Positions 27,141-37,803 of a stretch of 64,000 nt of DNA are shown piece after piece (position 1 is the stretch's first letter; each line of letters opens with the position of its first letter). Origin of the DNA: Candidatus Woesebacteria bacterium (GTDB taxonomy: Bacteria; Patescibacteriota; Microgenomatia; UBA8517); contig CP058602.1 in NCBI GenBank assembly GCA_013426185.1, positions 463,123-527,122 on the forward strand, written 5' to 3'. Both the position numbers and the translations under genes were made by a program. Under the pieces are notes generated by a model that saw only the letters and a program-made list of their open reading frames with translations, did not search any database and was not told where the DNA came from.

Positions 27141-28619
27141 TTGAAATTGCATAAAAATATGGCACTAAACGCATACAGAATACAGGGTTTCAGAGGAGGG
27201 ATCGCCGATGATCCCTATGCAGGAGTGCGCCAAGCATTCCGCTTCGGCTATGGGCTAAACATAAGAGGAGAAGAAAACACCCTAAAATGCAACCAGGCGC
27301 TCAAAGTCGACGCAGGCAATGCCGTCATAGTCGACTTGATTTTATTCTTCGTCCCCGCCTCGAATGGGCAGCTTTACGGTTTTGGTGACACAGGAAAGAT
27401 TTATAGGAAAGCCACTCCTACATCAGCGTGGGAATTAGTCTATACAGACGCCAACGGCAAGATTATGGGAGCTGCCGAATACACCAATAACAACGGCTCA
27501 GGCAGCTATGTCCCCTACCTTTACTGGATGACCGAAACCAAAGTATCAAGAATCCTACTGAGCAAAGCAGACCTAAATAACTGGGCAGCTGATGTTGAAC
27601 ACAACTGGCAAACCCTAAACGGCGACCCCAGCTGGCACACGGCGGTAGAAGCGCTAGGGGTTTTACTCATCTGTGATGCCCAGAACCTGGCAATGGTCGA
27701 CTACGAGGGAGCATTTAACCTGGAAGCCCTGGATGTTCCTAAGGGTCACCGCCACAAAGCGCTGTTGAGCCAAGACCAGTTGGTGCTTATCGGCAGCCAC
27801 AAAGGAGATAAAGTTGAACAAGGATGGCTCTGGACTTGGGATAAAATCCAGCCCTCCTGGATTCAAAGAAGGATGGTGGCAGAGAAAGGCGTTAACGCCA
27901 TGCTCCAGGGCGAGTTCCTCACTATCCAAGCTGGAATCAAAGGCTCGCTTTACTTCTGGGACACAGCAACGCTGATGCGGATTAAAAAATTCCCAGGAAC
28001 ATACGGCTGGGTTAACCCAGGAGCAGTAGTCAACTACGGCGGACTTCCCCTCTACGGCTTAAACGGATCAGAAAAATGCGGAGTTTACTCTTACGGCAGG
28101 CTAAACAAAAATGACCCCTACGCCCTGAACTTGGAGTATGTTCCATCACACGGCAAGTTTAGCAATGTTGAGATCGGCGCATTGACAGTCTACGGCGACC
28201 TGCTCCACCTCTCCTGGAAGGACGGAGCATCCTTCGGTGTCGACATTATCGATGAAAGCAACAAAGCCGAAGCAAGATACGAAGGATTGGTGTGGGACGG
28301 CGGAGAGAGCTTCACCCAAAAAGGATTCCGCTACATCAAGCTGGTCACCAAACCCCTGCCAGCCAACTGCAGCATCGAAGTCTTTTACAAGGTCAATCAA
28401 GAAGCGACTTGGCAAAAAGCCACGATGCATGATGGTGCAGAGCTGTTCGATAAAGTAGGACAAACAAAGGCAATATTTACCATCGAGACAGGTGGAAATG
28501 AAAACAATCCCAATGAAGGTGAAGAATACGAACTGGCAATGAACCTCCATCCGTCGGGCAACAACACACCAGAAGTAGTCTCGGTAACAACTTATTTTGA
28601 GCCATTAGGCATCTTATAA
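27141..28619 (+). CDS. hypothetical tail/baseplate protein
   Basis: 492 aa, W/Y/G-rich beta-type composition. Confidence 0.3.
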   Translation: MKLHKNMALNAYRIQGFRGGIADDPYAGVRQAFRFGYGLNIRGEENTLKCNQALKVDAGNAVIVDLILFFVPASNGQLYGFGDTGKIYRKATPTSAWELVYTDANGKIMGAAEYTNNNGSGSYVPYLYWMTETKVSRILLSKADLNNWAADVEHNWQTLNGDPSWHTAVEALGVLLICDAQNLAMVDYEGAFNLEALDVPKGHRHKALLSQDQLVLIGSHKGDKVEQGWLWTWDKIQPSWIQRRMVAEKGVNAMLQGEFLTIQAGIKGSLYFWDTATLMRIKKFPGTYGWVNPGAVVNYGGLPLYGLNGSEKCGVYSYGRLNKNDPYALNLEYVPSHGKFSNVEIGALTVYGDLLHLSWKDGASFGVDIIDESNKAEARYEGLVWDGGESFTQKGFRYIKLVTKPLPANCSIEVFYKVNQEATWQKATMHDGAELFDKVGQTKAIFTIETGGNENNPNEGEEYELAMNLHPSGNNTPEVVSVTTYFEPLGIL

Positions 28620-28623
28620 AACT

Positions 28624-29955
28624 ATGACAAAATTAAGCGACGAAATCAAAAAAGTCTACGAAAACGAGGAAGTGCAAGATCAGCCATTCCCCGAAGTGCC
28701 AGCACACACCCATAACGGCGTGGACTCCCAGCCGTTAGCACCGCAGTCTGTGGGAAGCACACAACTTAAAGAAAACGCTGTAAGCGCTGGCAATCTTATG
28801 GATTTGTCGGTAACCGAGGAAAAACTGGCAGCAGCAGCAGTAGCCACCAGCAAGATTAAAGACGACGCCGTCACAGCAGCCAAAGTCTATAAAGCAGGAT
28901 CGGTTATCACCCTCTCAGCCCAGATTGCCGAAGCGGTCATTATCACCGCCCATATCCAAGACCTGGCAGTGAAATGGGCAAAAATCGGTAATCTGGAAGT
29001 CGGCAACAGCAAAATCATGGATGCAGCCATAAGTAGAGGGAAAATCCAAGACCTAGCAGTGGATAACGCCAAGATCGAGAACGAAACCATCACCAACAGC
29101 AAAATCGGGCTTTTACAGGTCGGCAATTCCAGGATTATGGATGCAGCCATAAGTACAGCTAAAATCCAGGATTTAGCAGTGGGATGGGCAGAGCTAGCAA
29201 ATATGTCAGTGGGTAATTCAAAAATCATGAATGCAGCTATCTCGACAGCTAAAATCCAAGACGCAGCCATCACCGACGCAGAAATCGGCTGGCTAAATGC
29301 AGGCAAAATAACTGCAGGCACGATGTCCGCTGACAGGGTTTGGGGAGGAGCGCTTTATAGCGATTATGTGCATATCCGCATGTGCGGTCAGGAAGCCTTA
29401 AATGTAGCAGGCAATATCAACAAAACAGGCTGGAGCAACTTTGTCATTCCCCATCCGTTGCAAAAAGGAAAACTGCTTGTTTACACAGCGCCAGAAGCAG
29501 CCGAAGTCCTACTCATCCACCGAGGATCAGATAAATTAATCAACGGCGAAAGAGTCGTTACCTTCCCCGCCCATTTCCAAGCAGTAAGCGATCCCAGGAA
29601 GGTAACCGCCTATGTGACTGCCAGAGATGACTGCAACGGCTTATTTGTTAAAGAACTAGACAAAGCGCATATGTTAGTCAAAGAGTGCGCTGGAGGTAGC
29701 TCAAACGCAGCCTTTGACTTTTTTGTCTTTACGATTCGAGAGGGGGCTTTTGACAAGGAGTTCGAGCCAGACGGAGAACTTCTCCTGCAAAGAGATGGTG
29801 AAAGTAACGAATCTTTCAGGGAAAGATTTCGAGAATACAGGATAAAACAAATTAAAAAGCAGGGTGGAGATATCGAAAAGAAGATCGCCGAGTTTAATAA
29901 AGCATGGCAAACTACGCCTGCAGTTATAAATGAGCAGTATGTTCAACCGAAATAA
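28624..29955 (+). CDS. tail fibre protein with tandem ~40-aa repeats
   Basis: N-terminal HTHNGVDSQ motif; repeats AKIQDLAV(G/D)(W/N)AK..N..VGNSKIMDAAIS x4. Confidence 0.55.
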   Translation: MTKLSDEIKKVYENEEVQDQPFPEVPAHTHNGVDSQPLAPQSVGSTQLKENAVSAGNLMDLSVTEEKLAAAAVATSKIKDDAVTAAKVYKAGSVITLSAQIAEAVIITAHIQDLAVKWAKIGNLEVGNSKIMDAAISRGKIQDLAVDNAKIENETITNSKIGLLQVGNSRIMDAAISTAKIQDLAVGWAELANMSVGNSKIMNAAISTAKIQDAAITDAEIGWLNAGKITAGTMSADRVWGGALYSDYVHIRMCGQEALNVAGNINKTGWSNFVIPHPLQKGKLLVYTAPEAAEVLLIHRGSDKLINGERVVTFPAHFQAVSDPRKVTAYVTARDDCNGLFVKELDKAHMLVKECAGGSSNAAFDFFVFTIREGAFDKEFEPDGELLLQRDGESNESFRERFREYRIKQIKKQGGDIEKKIAEFNKAWQTTPAVINEQYVQPK

Positions 29956-30169
29956 AAAATTAGACAAAGCAGACCTTGATGAACTCAGGGAAAAAGCAAA
30001 GCTGATCAAACAGCACATTGCTATAGCCCAGGCACTCGATATGCAAAAAAATACCTGGCTGGTAAGCCTATTTAGCAAATACGGCTTAGACGGCAATAAG
30101 GAGTGGAGCTTTGACTTAAAAACAGGGGAAATAACTGAAGTTAATCAAAAGAAAGGAGGTGAAAAATAA
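29930..30169 (+). CDS. hypothetical small protein
   Basis: ORF. Confidence 0.3.
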   Translation: MSSMFNRNKKLDKADLDELREKAKLIKQHIAIAQALDMQKNTWLVSLFSKYGLDGNKEWSFDLKTGEITEVNQKKGGEK

Positions 30170-31241
30170 CATGGCAGACAAGCAATACGGCGGATGGTAT
30201 TGGCAGCCAGAGTTAAACAAAGCCCTCAGAGGGTGGGGAACTGACCCATCGGGTAAAGATATTTACACTGAAGGTGAAGAGCCAGCCAAGCAGCAATCGA
30301 TAACAGCGTTAACAACTGGACTGGGAAGTTTAAGCAACATAACGAATTTATTCGGTTATGACCTGCCAACACTGCAAACAAACTTCCAGGACACCTACAG
30401 CAAACTGCAGAGTGCAGAATCGGAGCTACAAGGCTACCAGACTAGGCGCTACGAGGAGGAATACAGCAAAGCAGGACTTGAAGGAGTCAAAAGCGAAATT
30501 GATGCCTTAGATGCCAAGATCGCAGCCGAGAAGCAAGCCAGAGACGAATCTATAAGCAAGGTAAGAAAAAACCCAGGATACAGCGCAGCCACAATAACAG
30601 GAGAAACAGCCGAAATCCAGAGACTGGCAAATGCCACTATCAATAATTTAATCGATGAGAGAAATACAAAAGCAAGCACATACAATGCCAAGCTGGGAGA
30701 AATAACCAACAAGGTGGCTATGGAGACAAAGGACAAAGAGGCAGCAGTCAATAGCATGCGATACAACCTGCAATTCCTAGGAGGGTTGCTGCAGACCTAC
30801 CAACAGGCAAGGTCGCAAGAGTTAGCAGCTCAGACAGAATCAGAGCGCTGGGAGAAAGAGTTCGAACTGAAACTATACGAAGCGCAGACAGGCAGAATGA
30901 GAGCCTCTTCATCAGGCGGAGGAGCAAATATGCAGCAGGTCAAGGATGCCTGGGGCAATGTGATCGGATATTTTGACCCAACAACAGGAAAAACAGTCTA
31001 CTACGAGCAAGCAGGAGGTGGAGCAGCAGCACCGCAAATAGTCCCCTCAGCAGGATTAAACATGAAGATAAGAAACGCATGGAAGCAAGGATACACGCCA
31101 GATCAACTTAAAAGCGCTTATCAAGGAGCAATAACGGATAAAGGAGAGAGTGTGGCAGACATCATTGACGAAGAATGGCGGATTAAAACAGCACCAGGAA
31201 TCGGTGGCTTCTTAGGCAGGTTGTTCAGGTTGGGGGTTTAA
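30159..31241 (+). CDS. coiled-coil tail-module protein
   Basis: SD GAAAGGAGGTGA; long heptad-like region; Gly-rich C-terminus. Confidence 0.35.
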   Translation: MKNNMADKQYGGWYWQPELNKALRGWGTDPSGKDIYTEGEEPAKQQSITALTTGLGSLSNITNLFGYDLPTLQTNFQDTYSKLQSAESELQGYQTRRYEEEYSKAGLEGVKSEIDALDAKIAAEKQARDESISKVRKNPGYSAATITGETAEIQRLANATINNLIDERNTKASTYNAKLGEITNKVAMETKDKEAAVNSMRYNLQFLGGLLQTYQQARSQELAAQTESERWEKEFELKLYEAQTGRMRASSSGGGANMQQVKDAWGNVIGYFDPTTGKTVYYEQAGGGAAAPQIVPSAGLNMKIRNAWKQGYTPDQLKSAYQGAITDKGESVADIIDEEWRIKTAPGIGGFLGRLFRLGV

Positions 31242-31296
31242 TTAACCAAGCCGATCTTAATGCCATGAAGCCCATCGCAAGAAGGGACTAAATACT

Positions 31297-34200
31297 ATGC
31301 CGACATTTTGGGAAACGCTAAAAACAAACATATTAAACCCTCTTGAAAAGGGTGTCTCTTCCGTTGGGCAAACTCTGGGCGATATTTTCAAACCAGTCGG
31401 GCAAACAGCCATTGATCTTTTCAAGCCAATAGCAGCTCTCAAACCAGAGCAATCGGAATTTGGCATTAAAACAGAGCAGGGCGAATATAAACCATACACG
31501 AATATCTATCTTGAAGCAGCAGCTCAGACTATTGGACTAGGCGCAAGAAAGACTGACTTTTGGGAGCGCCTCCCCCACGCCTACTACGGCACAGTCTTGG
31601 GCTTTGGAGCGGGGCTGGCAAAAGCCTTCACCTTCGGCTGGTGGAATCCAGAGCTTAAATTCGAACATGACGCAGCCCAAATGGGAGCAAATCTCGGCAA
31701 AGTTGAAGGCGACATTATAGGGACTATAGGAACATTCCTCGTGGGCGGAGAAATCGTTCAAGGAGCAGCCAGGAGCATTCCTGTAGTTGCTAGATTTGCC
31801 AAAATTGCACCCAAAACTTACTCACTACTGACAAACGGACTAACATTCGCAGGACTAGGTCAACTCCAAAAAGACGAATTCTATAAGGACGCTACCCAGC
31901 GTGCCACAGACTTTGGAGCTGATTTTGCCCTGGGAGGGGTATTCTCAATAGCGGGCATGAAGCCCAGTTATTTCAAATCGACAGGAATTATCGCTCCAGC
32001 AGCTTATGTCACCTCGCTTATAAAGGGAGACACTCCAGAGGACGCCTTAAAAAACACAGTCGCTGTCATCGGATTACACTCGGTTAACTATGCCGTCGCC
32101 AAAGTCTTCCCTAGCCAAGCCGAGCGAATCAGGCGCAATATGGAAAAAGCAGCCGAGAACGAACTGCGCACCACCCAAAAAGAAGCCAGGGCATTTCTGG
32201 GAGTGACGGAAAAATCGACGCCAGAACAAATAAAATCCGCCTGGAAACAAAAGGTTATTGAAATAACCAAGAAGTTTCCAGCTCAGGCATACCAGACGCC
32301 ACAACAGGCTGCCCGATTTAACCAAGAGTGGAACACTGCTAACAGAGCCTATGAGTTCCTGGCAAAAGTTCAGAACCCTACAGGCTACACAGGCAAAACT
32401 TTCAGCCAGGAATTCGAGGACTTATTTAGAGAGCTGTGGATCAATGTCCCAGACAAGAGAGCGCTAGTGGTAAGCGCCGTCAGAAACATGCCAGCAGGAC
32501 TCTCAATCCGCCCCACCCTAACTAACGAGCAGAGAGCCGAAATTATAAAAGGGCTTGGCGGAGAAAATGTAAGAACCAAGTTCGGACTGCCAGCAGGCAA
32601 GCTCTCAAACTCTGATCTTATAACCCTAGCAAAAGAGCAAAACATAAAGGTGACGCCATCCAAAGGCACTCCAGAACAGGCAATCGCTGAAGCAGCCAAA
32701 ACTCCCCCACCATCCAAACCAAAAGTTGAAAGAACCGAAATCTGGAATGTGCCAGGGGATCTCATGCCAGCAAGAGGCAAGCCAACCTGGAAGCACAGCA
32801 AGATGCTCTGGAACACCATGCGCAATCAATACGGCATGACCAATGTCTGGGGAAAAGATATCACCACTAACAAGGGGGCGGTTTCCTGGATTATAGACAC
32901 CCTCGAAAATGGACTGGCAAGCAAAAAAGACTTGCTGACTGAAGCCAGAAAAACCAAAGGGGTGCGCATGGACAGCCATCAATACAAGAAGCTCTACGCC
33001 ATGTTTAAGTCTAGAAACTACGACATCGAAGGCTACAAAAAAGTGATGGCAACTTTAAAAGGAATTAAACCTGCAGTGGTTGAAAAAACGATAGAGCCAA
33101 CACCTAAGGGAATGTTGGAGGAACTGGGCAACTATACCAAAGAGGCAGAAGTTATTGTCAGAGAGCCAAAAATTGAACCCAAAACTAAAATAAAACCGAT
33201 AGAAGAAGTGGTCACTCTTTATCATGGCACAACACCTGAAAATGCAGCCATAATTCGAAAAACAGGCTTCGAACTGAAACCGCCAGTGCATGGACGGCAA
33301 GTTATCGGAGAAGGGGTCTACCTTACTCCAACCAAGGAGGAAGCAGCCACCTTCGGTAAAGAAATAATCGAGGCGACACTTAAACCAGGAGTTAAAATCC
33401 TGCACCTAAATAACCCAGGTGAATACTATCAGCTCTGGCAAAAAGTGGCAAAAGAAGCAGGAGCATTCGGGGCAAAAGAAGTAAACATGGACAAAGCCAT
33501 AAGCGACTGGCTGAAAGTGAGAGGCTACGGCGGGATCGAGGTCAAAGGCTTCGGAACAAAAGGTGAAACCTATATCTCGATATTCGATCCAAAAAACATC
33601 GAGGTTAAAACAACTAAAGCACCAGTTGCAGCATCCGCCAAAAAAACGAAGGCTGAACCAAAAGTATTAGGTAAAGTGACTCCCCAGATCGAGCAGCTGC
33701 AGAAGAAGAAAGACGCTCTTGAAAAATTGCACTACGCCAACCCAGGCGATCAAAAGATCGTCAACGCAATAAAGAAAATCGATAACCAGATAGCCCAGCA
33801 ATTCAGCACCCAGGAGCAGAAGGCAGCCAAAGCCGAGCAAATCAGGCTTAAATACCGACCCGAAGAAAAGGAACTCCTGGATGCAGAGCGAGTCCCAAGT
33901 GTCGGTGAAATCCTAAAAAGCAAAAAATTCAAAGACAGAATCGCTGGCAAGGTAAAGGCATCAAAAGAAATGCGTGCTGACGAACTAACAACCACCCCAT
34001 CAAGAAACCCGCCACGACCACCGAAAGAAGAACCTCTCAGTCAAGCGCCTCCTCCGCCAGAAGGAAGCGGGTTGGAGGCAATCGACAAGATGGTCGGTAA
34101 GATCGGCGCACCACAAAAGATGACAGAGTGGTTCAAAGGTCTCAAACCGAAATTCAGTCGCAACTTTACAGACAGATTTGCAGCAATGAAGACTTTCGAG

Positions 34201-36684
34201 GAAAACCTGAGTAAAGCAGCAGGTAAACCGATAGACATCAACTCCAGCCCCTATGTAGGAATGCGGTTGTATGCGGGCAGATTTGGCACAATAGAGGCAG
34301 CTTTCCGAAATCTGCAAAAGATAGTGACGCCAGTGAGGAAATTCCGACCAGACTTCACCCGCTATGTGCTGGCGCAGCGTGCCATTGAAAGAGCCGATAG
34401 AGGCTTTGACAACCCAGCAGGCGTGACTAAAGATCAGGCAGAGCAAGCACTGGTAGAGTTAAAACCCAAAGTTGGAGATAAAGTATTCAAGCAGTTCGAA
34501 CAGGTAGGACAAGCGATCCAAAACTGGTCGATCAGAGAAATCCTAGAGCCGATGCGAGATACAGGACTTATAAGCAAAAAAGCCTTCAATGCCATAGTCG
34601 AAAAAAACAAGAACTGGATGCCATTCCATGTCCTCGACTACCTACCCGATGTGCATCAGGCAGACAAAATGCAGTCAGGCAGCGAAACCTTCTCAGTCAG
34701 TAAACAAGGAGTAATTAAAGGATTAAAAGGCACAGAAAAACAAATCCGTGACCCCTTCGAGTCGATAGTAGATAATTTAAGTAAAGCGGTGAGTTTGATC
34801 AAAAGAAACGAGGTAGCCCGTAAATTCATCGACCTGCGAAACAAATATCCAGAAGCCAAAGAAACCATCAAATACCTACATGGAGATGCCAAAGCACCAA
34901 GAGACTACGACACCATCAGTGTATTTATAAACGGCAAGTCGACCCGCTGGGCAGTACCAAAAGACTTAAGCGAGGCAATGCACGGCATGAATCCAGTCGA
35001 GGCAGGCGTCCTGGGCAAGTTGGCATTAGCATCAACCAAAGCATTCAAATCAGGCGTAACCACTTTATATATCCCATTCACCCTGACCAACGCTATCAGG
35101 GACTACCAAACAGCAACGATAGTCAATAAGTGGGGCTTTAATCCAGCCAACTGGCTGTCAGGATTCAAAGACGGCATAAAAGGAGCGTTTAAATGGGAGT
35201 CGAAAGCCTACACCGACTTTATGAAGAACCAGGGAGGTTACGGAGGCTACATCAGTAACGCCAGGCAGCTATCGATAGCATCAAAGGAATTGTTCACACC
35301 AACTTGGTGGATAAAAACCAAAGCAGTTATCAATCCGTTTAATTTAATCAGTAACTTTGCCGAGGCAGTAGAACTCGCACCCCGTCTGGGTATTTATAAA
35401 AAGGGTGTTAAAAAACCAGGAGTAACCGAGCTGGAAGCTGCCTTTGAAGCTAGAAACGCTACAGTCGATTTCGCAAAAGCAGGTAAAGAGATGCGGATTA
35501 TAAACCAGTGGATTCCCTTTGTGAACGCCAGATGGCAAGGATTACTCCGAGTCAAAGACGCCTTTAAAGAGCATCCGTTCAAGTCAGCAATAAAAGCGAT
35601 GGCGCTTATCGTTGCCCCAGGAGTAGCAACCTATTTTTACAATATCCTCAACCACGAAGAGCTGTGGGATGATATTCCGCAATGGGCAAAAGACCAATAC
35701 TTTATCATCATTCTCGGATCGGAAATTAACGAAGAAGGCAAAACAGTTCCAAAGGTGCTGCAAATTCCTAAAGGCGACATGGGGCAGATTTTTTACAACC
35801 CCATCGAATACGCCTTCGAGTATGTGAGAAAGCAAGAACCAGCCAACCTTCTGAAACTGGCAGTCGAGTGGACAAGCCAGCTTTCACCGATTCCTTTCAG
35901 TAGGGATGGCGAACTATCAGGCAGTGCATTCCTAGCAGGAGCGTTGCCCCCAGCTCTAAAAACTCTTGTTGAAGAAGTCACTAACATGAATATGTTCACA
36001 GGCTTCCCGATAATTCCCAGGAAACTGGAGAAAGTAGCACCAACAGAGCAATACAACGAAAAAACACCAGAGCTGATGGTGATGCTGGGTCGATCCCTCG
36101 GCTGGAGTCCAATGCGAATAGCGCATGTGTTAAGCGGTCTGTTTGGCTCAAGTAGCCGTTATGTCTACAACCCGACCGACCTGTTTGGAGCATCGGTTGA
36201 AAGATTTATAAGAACCCAGGGAGGAGCAAAGGAACGGGAAGCATGGAAGGTAAAAGACGATGCCGAGATTGGCTATAACACCACCCGACTGTTTGTTCAG
36301 CAAGCCCTGCAAGCAGGCGATCTGCAGAAAGCACAAAGCCTGGCTACCGAGTGGAACGCCAAAGCCCAGCAATTCATTCCCCTGATCGTGCCGTATTTAT
36401 ATGCCGATGATCCCAAAGAAGCGGTGAGCTTCCAAAAAAGCATCATGTTTGACCAATCAGACCTGCAACGGCTATTAAAACTTAATGCCCCGCAAACCAA
36501 ACCAGGAACAGCCGTAAAGCCACCTGTGGGGGCTGTGAGCGCACCAAAGACGCAAAACGACCCATTAGGGCTATTCGGAGGCGCAAGCGCAGCAACACCC
36601 ACACCACAGCCAACAATGGGGCAAATATTCCCGACAGGGGGCGGGGCAACAAACCAAAATGATCCGTTGGGATTGTTTAAATAA
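31297..36684 (+). CDS. giant (1795 aa) multidomain virion protein (tape-measure or ejection-protein candidate) with J-domain-like segment and putative H-Y-E ADP-ribosyltransferase-like domain
   Basis: Gly-rich hydrophobic N-terminal region; AFLGVTEKSTPEQIKSAWKQKV...ANRAYEFL J-like segment without HPD; LYHGTTPEN...GEGVYLTPT...IEV resembles the diphtheria-toxin/PARP H-Y-E core (SYHGTKPGY...GFYST...); C-terminal NDPLGLF x2. Confidence 0.5.
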   Translation: MPTFWETLKTNILNPLEKGVSSVGQTLGDIFKPVGQTAIDLFKPIAALKPEQSEFGIKTEQGEYKPYTNIYLEAAAQTIGLGARKTDFWERLPHAYYGTVLGFGAGLAKAFTFGWWNPELKFEHDAAQMGANLGKVEGDIIGTIGTFLVGGEIVQGAARSIPVVARFAKIAPKTYSLLTNGLTFAGLGQLQKDEFYKDATQRATDFGADFALGGVFSIAGMKPSYFKSTGIIAPAAYVTSLIKGDTPEDALKNTVAVIGLHSVNYAVAKVFPSQAERIRRNMEKAAENELRTTQKEARAFLGVTEKSTPEQIKSAWKQKVIEITKKFPAQAYQTPQQAARFNQEWNTANRAYEFLAKVQNPTGYTGKTFSQEFEDLFRELWINVPDKRALVVSAVRNMPAGLSIRPTLTNEQRAEIIKGLGGENVRTKFGLPAGKLSNSDLITLAKEQNIKVTPSKGTPEQAIAEAAKTPPPSKPKVERTEIWNVPGDLMPARGKPTWKHSKMLWNTMRNQYGMTNVWGKDITTNKGAVSWIIDTLENGLASKKDLLTEARKTKGVRMDSHQYKKLYAMFKSRNYDIEGYKKVMATLKGIKPAVVEKTIEPTPKGMLEELGNYTKEAEVIVREPKIEPKTKIKPIEEVVTLYHGTTPENAAIIRKTGFELKPPVHGRQVIGEGVYLTPTKEEAATFGKEIIEATLKPGVKILHLNNPGEYYQLWQKVAKEAGAFGAKEVNMDKAISDWLKVRGYGGIEVKGFGTKGETYISIFDPKNIEVKTTKAPVAASAKKTKAEPKVLGKVTPQIEQLQKKKDALEKLHYANPGDQKIVNAIKKIDNQIAQQFSTQEQKAAKAEQIRLKYRPEEKELLDAERVPSVGEILKSKKFKDRIAGKVKASKEMRADELTTTPSRNPPRPPKEEPLSQAPPPPEGSGLEAIDKMVGKIGAPQKMTEWFKGLKPKFSRNFTDRFAAMKTFEENLSKAAGKPIDINSSPYVGMRLYAGRFGTIEAAFRNLQKIVTPVRKFRPDFTRYVLAQRAIERADRGFDNPAGVTKDQAEQALVELKPKVGDKVFKQFEQVGQAIQNWSIREILEPMRDTGLISKKAFNAIVEKNKNWMPFHVLDYLPDVHQADKMQSGSETFSVSKQGVIKGLKGTEKQIRDPFESIVDNLSKAVSLIKRNEVARKFIDLRNKYPEAKETIKYLHGDAKAPRDYDTISVFINGKSTRWAVPKDLSEAMHGMNPVEAGVLGKLALASTKAFKSGVTTLYIPFTLTNAIRDYQTATIVNKWGFNPANWLSGFKDGIKGAFKWESKAYTDFMKNQGGYGGYISNARQLSIASKELFTPTWWIKTKAVINPFNLISNFAEAVELAPRLGIYKKGVKKPGVTELEAAFEARNATVDFAKAGKEMRIINQWIPFVNARWQGLLRVKDAFKEHPFKSAIKAMALIVAPGVATYFYNILNHEELWDDIPQWAKDQYFIIILGSEINEEGKTVPKVLQIPKGDMGQIFYNPIEYAFEYVRKQEPANLLKLAVEWTSQLSPIPFSRDGELSGSAFLAGALPPALKTLVEEVTNMNMFTGFPIIPRKLEKVAPTEQYNEKTPELMVMLGRSLGWSPMRIAHVLSGLFGSSSRYVYNPTDLFGASVERFIRTQGGAKEREAWKVKDDAEIGYNTTRLFVQQALQAGDLQKAQSLATEWNAKAQQFIPLIVPYLYADDPKEAVSFQKSIMFDQSDLQRLLKLNAPQTKPGTAVKPPVGAVSAPKTQNDPLGLFGGASAATPTPQPTMGQIFPTGGGATNQNDPLGLFK

Positions 36685-36690
36685 AAATCT

Positions 36691-37803
36691 ATGAAAAAAC
36701 TAACCTTACCGACAACATTCAATCAGAACGACCCCAGGTGGAAAAACAGCCCACTGGGAACAAAAGGGACAATCGGGCAATACGGCTGCCTAATGTGTGA
36801 CGGAACGATGGTAGTTAACTACTACGGCTTTCGAGAAACACCGCTGACCATGAACGAAAAGCTGACTCAAAACGGAGGATATGATAAAGGCAACCTGCTG
36901 ATATGGAGCGCAATCCCCAGGCTGTTTGCGGGACTAAAATACTCAGGAAAGTGGTCGAATGACAATCCGCTCACCCAGGCGCAGATGGATCAAATTCGAA
37001 GTGCAATTGATAAAGGATATCCAGTATTTCTACAGATCGATACCATCCCCTCAACCAGTGGCTTAGATGAGCATTGGATACTGGCAATCGGCTATGACGG
37101 TGACGACTTTATAGTACAAGACCCTTGGGACGGAGCAGAAAAAAGGATAACAAGCTGGGGTATAACCCCACAAAAATTGATCTATTCTTGGTGCTGGTAT
37201 GAGGGAAAACCATCAGAAACAGATGTAGCGGAAGGCTGCCTCGTGCCAAATACTCCAGAATGGCGGGAAAAATACGAGCAAATAGTTGGATCAGCCACGA
37301 AATGGGCGGAGGCACTAAAAGTTCTAGAGATCGCCGACGACCCCAACACTACCCCTGTCGACAAAATTAAGAGTGTTATTGCAGGGTATAAATCAAGGGA
37401 AACTGACCTGGGAAACAAGCTCAGAGACAAGCAAAAAGAGCTGGATGTGGCAAACCAGGAGATAAAGAACCGCTCCGAACAAGTTAGCAGACTCGAAAAG
37501 TTAGTGACAGACAAGGAAAAGTATTATAAAGACCTGCTTAATGCGCTTAAATCGGACATTAAAAATCTGCCAAAAATCGTGGAGGAAGCCCAGGGTCGTA
37601 TAGGGGTGCTGGAGGGGCAGCTAGATGAGGCTAATAAAGCCAAAGGCAGAGCGCTAAATGAGGCAGCAGAGTACAAAAGCGAACTTGAAGCCTGCCAGAA
37701 AGGTCAACTCCCAGAGCCAGCCAAGAATTTAATAACCAAAGCAGCGAACTTTTTACTCAACCTAGTAATAGGCATTTTCAAAAAAGGAGGTGAGAAAACA
37801 TGA
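36691..37803 (+). CDS. endolysin candidate: papain-like (C39/CHAP-like) cysteine peptidase N-domain plus coiled-coil C-terminus
   Basis: QNDPRW...YGCLMCDG...DEHWILAIGYDGDDFIVQDPW suggests a Cys/His papain-like fold; sits before the holin-like genes. Confidence 0.4.
   Translation: MKKLTLPTTFNQNDPRWKNSPLGTKGTIGQYGCLMCDGTMVVNYYGFRETPLTMNEKLTQNGGYDKGNLLIWSAIPRLFAGLKYSGKWSNDNPLTQAQMDQIRSAIDKGYPVFLQIDTIPSTSGLDEHWILAIGYDGDDFIVQDPWDGAEKRITSWGITPQKLIYSWCWYEGKPSETDVAEGCLVPNTPEWREKYEQIVGSATKWAEALKVLEIADDPNTTPVDKIKSVIAGYKSRETDLGNKLRDKQKELDVANQEIKNRSEQVSRLEKLVTDKEKYYKDLLNALKSDIKNLPKIVEEAQGRIGVLEGQLDEANKAKGRALNEAAEYKSELEACQKGQLPEPAKNLITKAANFLLNLVIGIFKKGGEKT

Noticed and set aside
28950-29290. Tandem nucleotide repeats in the tail-fibre gene as a possible DGR variable region
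   Set aside because: No reverse transcriptase or template repeat in the window; the repeats are diverged in-frame protein repeats (AKIQDLAV...) rather than a VR/TR pair with A-specific mismatches.
32150-32400. J-domain in the giant protein (would imply DnaK recruitment)
   Set aside because: Helix II/III-like similarity only; the essential HPD tripeptide is absent (KKFPAQ instead), so this is listed as J-like, not as a functional J-domain.
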